DNA of 64,000 nucleotides, taken from Balanoglossus misakiensis (taxonomy: Eukaryota; Animalia; Hemichordata). The stretch is from the NCBI GenBank assembly GCA_040954595.2, contig CM082586.2, forward strand, positions 186,001 through 250,000, read 5' to 3'. Shown here piece after piece: positions 15,001 to 32,145 of the stretch (positions within the stretch are counted from its first letter, which is position 1; each line of letters starts with the position of its first letter). The notes under the pieces were generated by a model. It saw only the letters and a program-made list of their open reading frames with translations, was not told the DNA's origin and ran no database searches. The position numbers were made by a program, and so were the translations under genes.

Positions 15001-18000
15001 TTTGTAAATTTCACTGGAATTTACTCTTTCTAGCGACAAAAACGTACTTTCATTTTAATTTGACTTTCAAACATCAGAACCATGATTGGCATTTCATTTT
15101 AGCAGAAAACACAAAGGTTTTAGTAAGAACAGTACTGTACAGCAATTTGGGAATAAGAAGTAAAACCTAGCAGACGCAATTAACTTGGCTAATATTAACA
15201 AGTCTCTAGGGAAATGACACTCATGAGGGAAATACTTTCACCTTCGGAGATGAAATTCATGAAATTAAGATGAAGGTAATATCCTTATAACAATGTGAAA
15301 CAGAATCCTCAAGAGGACACCTTTAATTAAATATTCATGGTATGCTTGGTTGTGGATAATTATTCATGAATATATTTAATGAACAATTCCTTGAGTAGCC
15401 CCAGGTATCGTTTTTTTCCCCTCTTCCTTCAAAATTTAAAATATTGGTTTGTAATTTACTAAGTGGATAAAAGATATGCAGGAACAACTGATTTTTTTAC
15501 ATTCTTTAGCACGTGGCCCTTTCGTAACACCGGTTGCCATGGCACTGATTGCCATGGCATCGGTTGCTAAAGATCACCCTGCTGTTATCCTGATACAGTA
15601 TTGTATAACTTTGGATTCAATGCCCTGGGTGTGAAATGTTGAACAAACTGTTGAGGGCCCATTACAGCCTGGGTCCATTTACTAGGTTTCAGATCATAGG
15701 GATACTTCAGTTTGAAGAACAGCAGTCTGCTGTTGAAAGACTGAACAAAAAGAGTGCATTATATCTGAATCAATATAGGAATTTTCCAAGTGTAAATGTC
15801 ATTTTACAGAGACTTCTTGAATTCTTGAATTTTCCAGGAGTGTATATAAACCCTGTCTTATATACACTATATAAATTTTCATGGCAGTTACTTTTACAAT
15901 TTACATTTCAAGTTTTTACAATCTGTTCAAAGACACGGATGTGACTCAAAAGAATATTTCCATTCAGAAATGTTACATAACAAAACATTTTCCCACAGCG
16001 ATGAGTAGGGAGATCAGCAATCCAGAGGCAACATTAATATCTGACACATACCATATTAGAACCCCAATATCATGAGTGACAATCATACAATGATAAAAGG
16101 CACTCAAAATTTCTAGGTGTTTTTATAGTTCTACTATACTGTGAGTCGAGATGGGTAATGCCCAAGGCAGGGAGAAAATTCTGTCAATATTTTTCACGGA
16201 AAACTGATAAGAGATTGCCACAATAATAAGCAGGGATTTTCTGACTAAACGAGCACAGCGTAATCGAGGAAATTCCAGAATTACCACAAACGTCACCTGC
16301 TCTTCCCGGCATACTTCAAAGAAATCCTGCCTTTTCCATAATTTTGAAATCACAGCGGTGTCTTCTGAAAGAATCTCATCCTGACATGCTTAATCGGCTA
16401 AATTCTAAGATGATTTGCCTTTTAGCGACACTGTAGGGAGGAAAACCTGCTGTTACCACGGAAATGCTGCAACATATCTGTGAACACGGGCCATCAATGG
16501 AAGATGAAGCTATAAAATCAGTTATCAAGGAATGTATTCAGCAACAAAGAATGATTTCATTGTACAATACATCTTTAGAAATTCATGTGAGGTTTTAAAA
16601 GATATTACTGATGCCTTGTAATGAATCTTATAGCAAACCTTGACACCAAAACCTACAAGAAGCTGCAGTATAATCAATGGAAAAGCAGAGACAGGTTTCT
16701 AGTTGCAAACAAGAGGTCAATCTTAAGCATGAAACTTAGTTTAAAACTGCATTTTTATTTGGAGTTGAGAAATAACTGTTTTTATTCCCTGATTTTTACG
16801 AAAACACATAAAATTTTAAATCTTTGCATTTAGGCTTATCATGACGGAAATCATAAAAATCTATAACTAAAAAATGAGATATACTGTGTTTAATATCCTC
16901 TGACATTTAACCATTATGGAAATCTATCTGTATAGAACTATGAAAGCTTCTTGACATTTTATCATGTTTGGATTTTTAAAATCGTTTGGGTTTAATGGCC
17001 GAGAATATCACCTTTGTGGGCAAGAACAGCGCTATTGAAAGGCGACTCTTCAGGGCATATTGGAAAGGCAATAATCCTCACACAGGAAATCAAAAAGTAA
17101 AACTATAGTGGCATTGCACATGGATACAGGGGCAACTCATTTGTACAGAACACCGCCCCATCCAATTCCAACTCTAAGATGCTATCAAACTGTGTAGTAC
17201 AAACAGAACAATACAAGGTGACATAGAGTTGTTGGATATTAGGCCCAGAGCGACTGTAAAAAGACCATGATGGTTTATGGAATGTATTATCTCATCTCAT
17301 CTCATCATTGACTAAATTCCCAAAAGACGAGCTCCTACACGCTATGCATTACCATGGTAACATGCTGGTTAGTGCACTAACTACAACACCTAAAGTAGAT
17401 CATCTTCAACCCTGGTCAAGTAATGACTTGATTGACAACTGTGTTTGAGGTCATATCCAACATTAGCAAATGTAAAAGGTAAAACTCACAATAAGGTCAT
17501 TGCTGACATACTGAAAGCTGTAACGACCTGACATGTATGAGATGAGATGTTCATATCAGCACTACCATCAGCCAAACAAAGAAGCAGACTCTAAGCACTT
17601 TCACATTAAGACCCACGTATTGTAGATCCGGTGTTTTATCAGATAATCTAGATGGAGAATGGGGTGATTCTCTGCACCCCCAATTGACATGTTGGCATCC
17701 CCAAGCAATTGAAAAGCTGACATTCACACTTTGGTGCTGTTAGTTACATTCCCCCCTTGCCAGAGCGAATTCCCCCCCCCCCCCCCTTCTAAAAATTCTG
17801 ACAAAGGAGGGCAATCCCCCCTGATGATGCCATCCTGGATGGAACACTGGATACAGCAGGATAGTTTTATGGCTGCACCTTAACAACATCAATGATTTCT
17901 GGTATTTCTTCGATGGATGGGACTTTAATTGCTCACCATCCATGGAAACAGAATACAGAACCTATCTTCATCTAATAACATCAGCAGGCAAACAACCAGT

Positions 18001-21000
18001 TGGCATGGCAACAGATACATGATAGTCTTCAGTATAATTTTAACACCTGAGAGGTGACTTTAGCGTAGAATAGAACTAGCTTGTTTACAACCAACCTCAT
18101 ACATATACATGGAAAATGATCATTTCTATTTAATTTTAATTGAAAAAAGAGAATTCCACACAATCTGGATGATTAAAATTCAAAAATACATTATGAAATG
18201 TCCCAGACAAGGAGAAAAAAGATAAAAAACAAACAATCATAATTATACAAATTAAATGCTAGAGTTCATCATTGTGTATGTGTTTCAGTGGACACTATAC
18301 AAAATGGCTAGCACGTAGCACGTAGAAATGACAGACATGTTATGGTTGAATGATTCTGATAAAAGGGAAAGTCCTGCCTTGTATTGGCCAACCAAACACG
18401 TGTATCTTGGTATGCGGAACAAGTTTTGAATGTTTGCACCAATACAGAAATCTGTAAACCAAACTTGTGTCTCTGTTGGAAATCGACGCTCTGTCAGATT
18501 CATTTCAATTCCCCAGTAGCGGAGACATTTCATGCATTTTGAAAGTATTTTGGAAATGTATTTTTTCTTCTTCATGATGTACATGTATGATGTTCAACTG
18601 AAAACAGACATATCACATGGGGAGAGGAGAGCAGAGAAAAGAATTTCAAAGGATCGAGAAGTTTGAGAAATCATCACTGAAATGCAATGCTAAGAAAGTT
18701 AACACATATAATTGTTTTGTGATGACTTTCTTGTCATACAGGATAATTATTCCGAGTTTGATACAGATATGAATGATCCTTACCAATGTTATGTATAATT
18801 GTCTACATCCAATGTACTAAGATGTTTTATGCAACAAAACTCACGACTAACACACTTCACTTTCTTTAAACAAATATTCAAACCAGAAGAAAACCGTTGC
18901 GGTCATGTGAGAGGTTCAAATGGGGTCAATGGGACACACGAGTCTACCACATGCTGGCCTACTCAAAGACAATGGTATGTCTGTTTCTTGTCCAAAACAT
19001 GTGTATAATGAGTGATCAGTTCCTGGTCAAAATGATCACTTTTATATTTTAATAGTGTGAAAAGGAGAAAAATGGTCACACTTTCTAAGATGGACAATAT
19101 CACATGTGAAAATGATCACTGCTCAGTGCTGGACATACAACGAGTTACAATTATACTTGCCCTAAGTCTTTGGTCAAAATTAATTGTCATAATAAAGTTA
19201 ATCAGCGATATTTGTCTCCAGTTAATACGGCATGATTGAGGTTAATACATTCAGATTGGAATGGTGGCATAAGCCGTGGTCATGTACACCAATGGTTTGG
19301 AATGGCAAGTACTAGCATTAAAGCGTAGACCCTGGATCAAAAGAGTCGATCCAGGGCCGGTCTATGCTCCAACAAGATTCAAGAGGTTGCCAAAGATAAA
19401 AATTATTCATAACAGACAGGCAACAATATTTCTCTTTTCATAAATGATCATAGTTTAAATCTGTGCATGATGGAATTGGGAAAAATAATGCTGTTTATTC
19501 ATTTTGGTCTTTGTATAAACAAGCAAACAACGTCAGTAAAAAGAATCTATCGTAATAAACCCGGAGAGGCTAAATTTTAGCTAATTTTAATAGCAGCCTG
19601 TAAATTATTGTTTGGTGCTTGTTTTTATGCAGATCAAAGCAAAGCTCACAGTCACGACACAGCAGTAGTGACGTTTTACCAGCAGAGCTAAATGCATGCA
19701 TGGATGATATTCCATCAAGAATTAAAATCTAAAAATAATACAAAGGACAAAGGATATCACACACACACACCTGTTTCAAAGGTCAGTGACATACATGTAT
19801 CACATGATATAGTGTCAGGGACCTAGAAGTCAATAATTATTTGTTTTTGGAGTCAATATTACATCACATGATATGGTTCAAGACCTTTTGTTCTATGAGT
19901 CAATTACAGCCATGTATTTTGTAGAAGTTAATATTTACACAAATGATTGATATCAGGAGCAATGTATTTTATGGCCTTCTTACTAATAGGCAGTATGCAT
20001 CTAAAGGCTGGTCTGGACTTGACAGCAGATACATGTATTTGTTAAAAACTTTTGTTGAGTTAAATGTTAAAACTACATGTACATATGGTTTTTACAAGTA
20101 ACATGTTACATAAGGATGGTACAGCATGGAGAACGCCTATACCCATAGGTCTATATGGCATTCCCCAAGATTAGCTAATCCCTTAATCTTCATGCATGCT
20201 TTCAACCGTTTTATTTCCATCTCATGCTTTGAGCAGATCAGGGAGCTGATATTGTTCTCAGCATTAATATACCATTGTGTCCTGTGATAAACAAGATGTT
20301 GGAAGCCAGTTGATATGTGGAATTGTAGAAATTTCTGTACGTCAGCAATGTGTGTCCTTACACGTAACATAAAAAAATGTCTGGCGTCACAGAATTTTCT
20401 ACATCAGTGAAACGTCATGTTTGCTAAGACAGTACACTCATCAAACATAAAATTGGGTATTTCTTCCTGCTTACCCTGTATCAGAATAGATATTATTTAT
20501 TTTATGGCTTCAGCAGATGATCATACTTCTATAAACACTTTCAGCTATTACAACGCAACCTCAGTTTGATAGATGACAGATTATGTTTCCCCCAGGGCCA
20601 ATAAAATATTTTGATAGTAAAAAAAATCAACATCAACATCCAACATCCCAGCATAAACGTGTCCATGAAAAACCACTTTAAATTTTCAAATCATGTTTAT
20701 ATGATACTTAGGTTGTACTAGTACATTGTACTACACCTCATGATGATAGTTTTGTAGTCTGTGAAGGGTTTCAGAGAGACATGTTATGATGTAGAGTATT
20801 GTGCATACTAAAAACTTTCCATACTATGTGAGAACTGTTGAATTTCAACATAAACTTCATGTACATGCAACTAAAAAAAACTGCTGAAAATATTCCTTGT
20901 AATCACTGGTCAGTGATGGAGCCATGATATTGTTGGTCTAATTACCATGGATCCCATCTATTTGTAACATTTCACCCCCAGTTTCCTCTATAGAGGTCCA

Positions 21001-21904
21001 ACTCGAATAAAAACAATAGATTTGGACCACACCATGTTGGCGATAGGGTTTCAACTTGGTGCCTATTCAATGCCAAGCTTCTGTCCAATGGTTAATATGC
21101 ATATTACTACCAAAAGTCTCAACAAGCAGCTGATCTTCCCCCAAATTAGCATATTTACATTGACACCAAGTAACTTGCTAATTTTTTTTTTAGAAATCGA
21201 ACAATAGCATGTCCATTTCTATGAGTCATTACCATTTGTCAACACAACACAGGTGGAGTTTATCACCAACACAAAAGCAGATTCACAAGAACTCAGGTCA
21301 CATGTCTTTTTTATTTCTACGTGTGGGGATTTTTGGACTTGCTTGTCACAATTTCGTTCATTTCTAGAGTTGCCCTTGCTCTGGGTGGCAGGGTTGGTGT
21401 CGGAGGCGCGTACGTACCGGTAACAACGGACAACCCTGCCACGCACAGCCAGATCGCACTTGGTTGTTCAACAACGATTTGAAGTAACAGAACTCCTGCA
21501 AATTTCGGTCCAGTTTAACAGAAAATTGGGCCAACAGCCGGAGAGAATACAGCAGCCCAGTGATAAAATAGACTTCTCAAAATCAAGGACGTCTGGTCTG
21601 CATCGACAACCATGCCGGTGGCGTTGTGAACTGTGTGTGAAGTACAGCGTCCGCGTCCGCGCCCGCGTCTAGCGGTTTCCAGTCACGGATGTTGTCAACA
21701 ACACTGGTTAAATATAACGACCCTTGGAACCGACTGGAAGTAAACTCCATGAACCGGGTCTACAATGTCGGGGAAACCCTTATAACCGCGACAAGACCAC
21801 CAGTTTCGCAGCAATATTGTTGTATCGACAACGTCACCATTTGACCACGTTGTCGGGTACAACTGCAAGCGCCGCCAAACACAACGCGCTGACGGTAAAC
21901 ATAC

Positions 21905-22143
21905 CTTTCCGATCCTTTGCAGTTCGCTGGGAACAATATTGTTTGGTGGCCGTCCATATCGATGCAACATTTTGTTCCTAGCTCGATCTCTGTGAAGAAA
22001 CCGATTGAAGTATTTTGTCAGTCAAGAACTTAGAAATCTGTTGTTCGGGATTGTTTACATTGGTATCGAAAGTTTTGAGTACACCTACCTCTGCGATTGA
22101 AGGGCCGCACTCGTACCGCCACTCGCACCTTGGATGAAGACAT
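21905..22143 (-). CDS. KIF13: Kinesin-3 family motor KIF13A/B-like, first two coding exons (gene continues leftwards, probably beyond the window edge)
   Basis: Coding exon 22143-22089 (55 nt, MSSSKVRVAVRVRPFNRRE, donor gtaggt) splices in frame to 21989-21905 (EIELGTKCCIDMDGHQTILFPANCKGSER, acceptor cacag, donor gtatgt). VAVRVRP is the N-terminal kinesin motor motif. The 55-nt phase-1 first coding exon and the ELxTKC.....GxQT.L segment match KIF13A/B as I recall them. An acceptor before 22172 implies an upstream non-coding exon (possible donor near 22368). No further motor exons were recognised in 1-21904. Confidence 0.85.
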
Positions 22144-22602
22144 TGTCGTGGCAACTGTTAGCACCAATTTATCTGAAATTTAAAAATAAAATCCAGCGAG
22201 ATCTTCAATCTAGAATAATACACTAAGTACCGCAAGAGATCCACGTTGGTGGTATACTATAGACCATCTTGAACACACTCTAATACGTGTTTCCGCACGC
22301 CGTATTTTATCAACACGCCATGTTGTAAAGTAGTCTGTGAGTTTTACGCCAATATGTAATCTAACATACGGGTATTTTGTTGGCGCACCGGCTTTTTTTC
22401 CAGTGACCTCCGTGTCGACACGCCCATCTGCTGCGTTGATGTTCATCCGTCCGTGTTTATTTTGGCTGGGGGGTCTCTGCATAGACTGAAGTATATTTTT
22501 GTGGAATGATTCGACGAGTTAATAATATTGGGGATAAATGGGACATATTACACTATTTTCTGTAAGGTTCTCGAAATCCCTTTCTTAATTTCCATGTTTA
22601 AC

Positions 22603-25600
22603 TATTTTGCTATGCCCAAAGCGTAAACCGCTTGCTAGGCCTAATTATACCCATAGCTATATTTTGTATTACTGCATGTGTGTGTGTGTGTGTGTATGTT
22701 ATTATGTTAGTCTCTATGCTGTGTTGTTACGATGCAGTGAAAAAATATAATACAATATGTGAAGATCGAATAATCAGTACATAAACGTATAAATATAGCT
22801 GGAGGGCGTCGTCTGCCAAACTGGTAGACTTGGTCGATGATGTATTCACCCGAAGCTAACAAGCCTGTGGGAAATCAGTAATTTTATTATATAATGCCTA
22901 GCATCAAGAAATCTAAAGGGTTATTTTTTTATCTGATTGCAGTTATCTCAGAATCGCGATTTGCCAGCCCCGGAGACACACTGGTCTTTGTGATTACATG
23001 CCTAATATTGCACAGCATATCTGGAAGGAAGTGCCTCCCATTTTTTCCTTTTTTTTACAAGTCAAGTTTGTATCTTCCTGTCCTGACCACCTACTGAAAT
23101 ACCACATAACCGTACATTACATGTAAATAAATAATGTATTTCTAAAACCATATACTTTGCGTGACGTATTTTTAAAAAATCCCAATATCAAACAAGAGAA
23201 AATTGAGAGGGCGAGAGGCATACGTTTTCGGTCAACTTGAGTTGCTTGTTGTGTTATCGAAGTTAATTGCAAGAGGAGGAACATGTGAGATTCGTCGCTG
23301 ATGGCGATTTCTGATCTGTATTAGTACTGGATGAATTGTCGGACTTTTACAACTTCTGGAAGAGCACATGAAACAGAGGAATCTTGTTGTTGATTTTACT
23401 TGAAATTTCTCAGATTCCTATTTGACAGCATGTATGTCCTGGACGGTCATATCAACAGGTAACATAACGCATGAATGTCAACGTATTTTTGGGTCAATTT
23501 TGTCCCCCAAATAAGATTTCCACCGTTTTTTCTCATTAGTGTGAAGGTGGTCACTGTCTTTAGCCGCACTTCAAGAAGGAAGTGCGTCTTGGATTTCTTT
23601 TATCTGGCTTAGTTATGGTCAATAAACTGCTCCGAAAGTTTTCGCGTCATAAAAGTCGAGCTGGCCGGGTGGGGTTAAAAAATCCCAAGCACTCTTTAAT
23701 AATAGTTGCGACAGCTTGCATTCACGCAAATTTGAGCAGGTTATCTCAAAGCGATAACACAAATTGTTTGTTAAATTGTTTGTCACGTAATAGTTGTGGA
23801 AAGAATTAAATGCTCACACTGAAGTAAGCAAAATTCTGAGCTCGATAATTAAAAGAGAAAAAGAAAAATTGGTCATATGGGGGCGCTGTTGTCGACAAAT
23901 GGATTATGCGTTCAAAGCATCACAACTGCCGAATAAAGGTGACCGTTTTTATTGTAATCTACTTGGCAAGCGAGCGAAAAGAGCCAATTTGGCAAATAGT
24001 GATGAAAATCACATCATATTTTCTTGTTAATTGTGTGATGGTTGTGTCATGTGACCCCAGAGGGCTTGTGTCGGAGTGACATGTACGTCATACTAATTTG
24101 TCCACACTTCCACATCTTGGTGTAAAAAGTACCGGGAATATCACATTGTGTGATTTTTATGAAATCGGTGCTGCAAATCTTAACAGATATGGCTATTTTG
24201 GAACTTTCCTTCATAGCTCAATAGTTATCTTCTGTATACACTAAATGCTGCTTTAAACTAGCTTGTGAAGTTCACTCTCAGTCCCTCCTGTAATTCTATC
24301 CAGGTCCTAAATAATGGCATTTAAGTTTTTCTTGGCAGTGGAGTATTTTGCTATGCCCAAAGCGTAAACCGCTTGCTAGGCCTAATTATATACCCATAAC
24401 TATTTGTTGTATTACTGCATGTGTGTGTGTATGTTATTATGTTCGTCTCTATGCTGTGTTGTTACGATGCAGTGAAAAAAAATATGTGAAGATCGAATAA
24501 TCAGTACATAAACGTATAAATATAGCTGGAGGGCGTCGTCTGCCAAACTGGTAGACTTGGTCGATGATGTATTCACCCGAAGCTAACAAGCCTGTGGGAA
24601 ATCAGTAATTTTATTATATAATGCCTAGCATCAAGAAATCTAAAGGGTTATTTTTTTATCTGATTGCAGTTATCTCAGAATCGCGATTTGCCAGCCCTGG
24701 AGACACACTGGTCTTTGTGATTACATGCCTACCCGTGCATACTCTTTAAGATATTAAATATATTTTTTCGATCGTTCAGGCATTTTTAATAATAATATTG
24801 CACAGCATATCTGGAAGGAAGTGCTTCCCATTTTTTCCTTTTTTTACAAGTCAAGTTTGTATCTTCCTGTCCTGACCACCTACTGAAATACCACATACCC
24901 GTACATTACATATAAATAAATAATATATTTCTAAAACCATATACTTTGCGTGACGTATTTTTAAAAAATCCCAATATCAAACAAGAGAAAATTGAGAGGG
25001 CGAGAGGCATACGTTTTCGGTCAACTTGAGTTGCTTGTTGTGTTATCGAAGTTAATTGCAAGAGGAGGAACATGTGAGATTCGTCGCTGATGGCGATTTC
25101 TGATCTGTATTAGTACTGGATGAATTGTCGGACTTTTACAACTTCTGGAAGAGCACATGAAACAGAGGAATCTTGTTGTTGATTTTACTTGAAATTTCTC
25201 AGATTCCTATTTGACAGCATGTATGTCCTGGACGGTCATATCAACAGGTAACATAACGCATGAATGTCAACGTATTTTTGGGTCAATTTTGTCCCACAAA
25301 TAAGATTTCCACCGTTTTTTTTCTCATTAGTGTGAAGGTGGTCACTGTCTTTAGCCGCACTTCAAAAAGGAAGTGCGTCTTGGATTTCTTTTATCTGGCT
25401 TAGTTATGGTCAATAAACTGCTCCGAAAGTTTTCGCGTCATAAAAGTCGAGCTGGCCGGGTGGGGTTAAAAAATCCCAAGCACTCTTTAATAATAGTTGC
25501 GACAGCTTGCATTGACGCAAATTTGAGCAGGTTATCTCAAAGCGATAACACAAATTGTTTGTTAAATTGTTTGTCACGTAATAGTTGTGGAAAGAATTAA

Positions 25601-26134
25601 ATGCTCACACTGAAGTAAGCAAAATTCTGAGCTCGATAATTAAAAGAGAAAAAGAAAAATTGGTCATATGGGGGCGCTGTTGTCGACAAATGGATTAAGC
25701 GTTCAAAGCATCACAACTGCCGAATAAAGGTGACCGTTTTTATTGTAATCTACTTGGCAAGCGAGCGAAAAGAGCCAATTTGGCAAATAGTGATGCAAAT
25801 CACATCATATTTTCTTGTTAATTGTGTGATGGTTGTGTCATGTGACCCCAGAGGGCTTGTGTCGGAGTGACCTGTGCGTCATACTAATTTGTCCACACTT
25901 CCACATCTTGGTGTAAAATGTACCGGGAATATCACATTGTGTGATTTTTATGAAATCAGTGCAGCAAAACTTAACGGATATGGCTATTTTGGAACTTTCC
26001 TTCATGGCTCAATAGTTATCTTCTGTAGAAACTAAATGCTGCTTTAAACTAGCTTGTGAAGTTCACTCTCAGTCCCTCTTGTAATTCTATCCAGGTCCTA
26101 AATAATGGCATTTAAGCTTTTCTTGGCAGTGGAG
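22603..26134. repeat. Head-to-tail tandem duplication, two near-identical copies (22603-24343, 1741 bp; 24344-26134, 1791 bp)
   Basis: Both copies start tattttgctatgcccaaagcgtaaaccg and end tcttggcagtggag. The ORF track shows near-identical 75-aa ORFs at 23582 and 25373. Differences are scattered substitutions, (TG)n length, an 8-bp indel and a 63-bp segment (24732-24794) found only in copy 2. Confidence 0.97.
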
Positions 26135-26823
26135 GGAAAAACCTGGATTTTTATAGTAGGCCTACTTTTACATTAGTACAGTTATTACTGTGCTTAACTT
26201 TACTTTAGGATAGTATTTCGCAGCCTCCTGTTTGTAGGCCTAAAGTTTAACTTTTTAAGGTTTTTAAGCTTATGGGCCTACCAGTTAATGTAACACTGTG
26301 CTGCCCTATATGAAAGATTTAAAGGTATTACACCGTCAAAACTAAGTTGAATTCCATATCCTGTTCCGTGTGGATTTTCTCCGCGAACAAAGAACATACG
26401 CACATGTACAAGCTACGCAGCTAGCTGGCTATGTAACGTTTGTGCACAGCGCCATCGACGGTAAAAGCTGTGGATTACTACGCCCCTTAATGTCAATTTA
26501 TAAAATCCCGTAGATAGGGTTGTCTTGAACGTCATGAGGTGTGATTTAACTTGTTATCTGGTCACGGGTTAAAGCATTCCGCTACAGTAAATTTTATATT
26601 TGCAGTAAATAAAATAAATACGTGGCATTTTTTATATGAATAAATGTCAAAAAATAACTCTAAGCTATCGGGCGACGCATAATATGTTATAAAAGAGCAA
26701 CACTATGTTGGAACTATATTTTTAGGATTTCCGGAAATTTCCGGAAAATACAACTACCAACGGCTTTCATTCAAAACACCACACTCGGGAAGTCTCGGCG
26801 CGGAAGGATAAAACTCATGACCT

Positions 26824-26872
26824 TATAAATATATTCATCTGTCTGTGTGTCGTCTCTCTTCATTTTTCTTTT
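26824..26872 (+). promoter_or_regulatory. PABPC1 core promoter: TATA box and pyrimidine-rich (TOP/TCT-like) start site
   Basis: TATAAATA at 26824-26831; about 30 nt downstream is tctctcttcatttttctttt (26853-26872). ETS-like CCGGAA sites lie upstream at 26731 and 26741. Confidence 0.6.
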
Positions 26873-26945
26873 GCGAAGAGTGTTTTGTAGCTGTTTGTGT
26901 GTCTGTTTTAGGTCCACAAACGCTGGATAAGTTATATATATATTG

Positions 26946-27000
26946 AAAAAACACAAAAAAATCACAAAATTTCAAAAACTTTCGACAAAAAAATTCAAAA
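26946..27000 (+). promoter_or_regulatory. A-rich autoregulatory sequence (ARS)-like element in the PABPC1 5' UTR
   Basis: aaaaaacacaaaaaaatcacaaaatttcaaaaactttcgacaaaaaaattcaaaa: oligo-A runs separated by short pyrimidine-rich spacers, 140-190 nt upstream of the ATG. This is the architecture of the PABP-bound ARS of mammalian PABPC1 mRNA. Confidence 0.7.
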
Positions 27001-27135
27001 GAAGCAGTGAAACGGGTTAGAGCCAAAGGTTGAAGAATTCGAAGATTTCAACGCACTGACGAAGAACGCACCGGTAAAACAAGTCCAACAATTTATCAGA
27101 AGATTCTCATCGCAGTTTTGTCACAAGAAGAGTAA

Positions 27136-32145
<5,010 letters not shown>

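Noticed and set aside
17627-17849. Poly-C-containing segment ending cctggatggaacactg, reminiscent of a non-autonomous DNA transposon end
   Set aside because: The matching inverted terminus is too degenerate, and no target-site duplication or second copy is visible.
23582-25600. Twin 75-aa ORFs (MRLGFLLSG...) at 23582 and 25373
   Set aside because: They are by-products of the tandem duplication, start at GTG, and show no splice context or homology.
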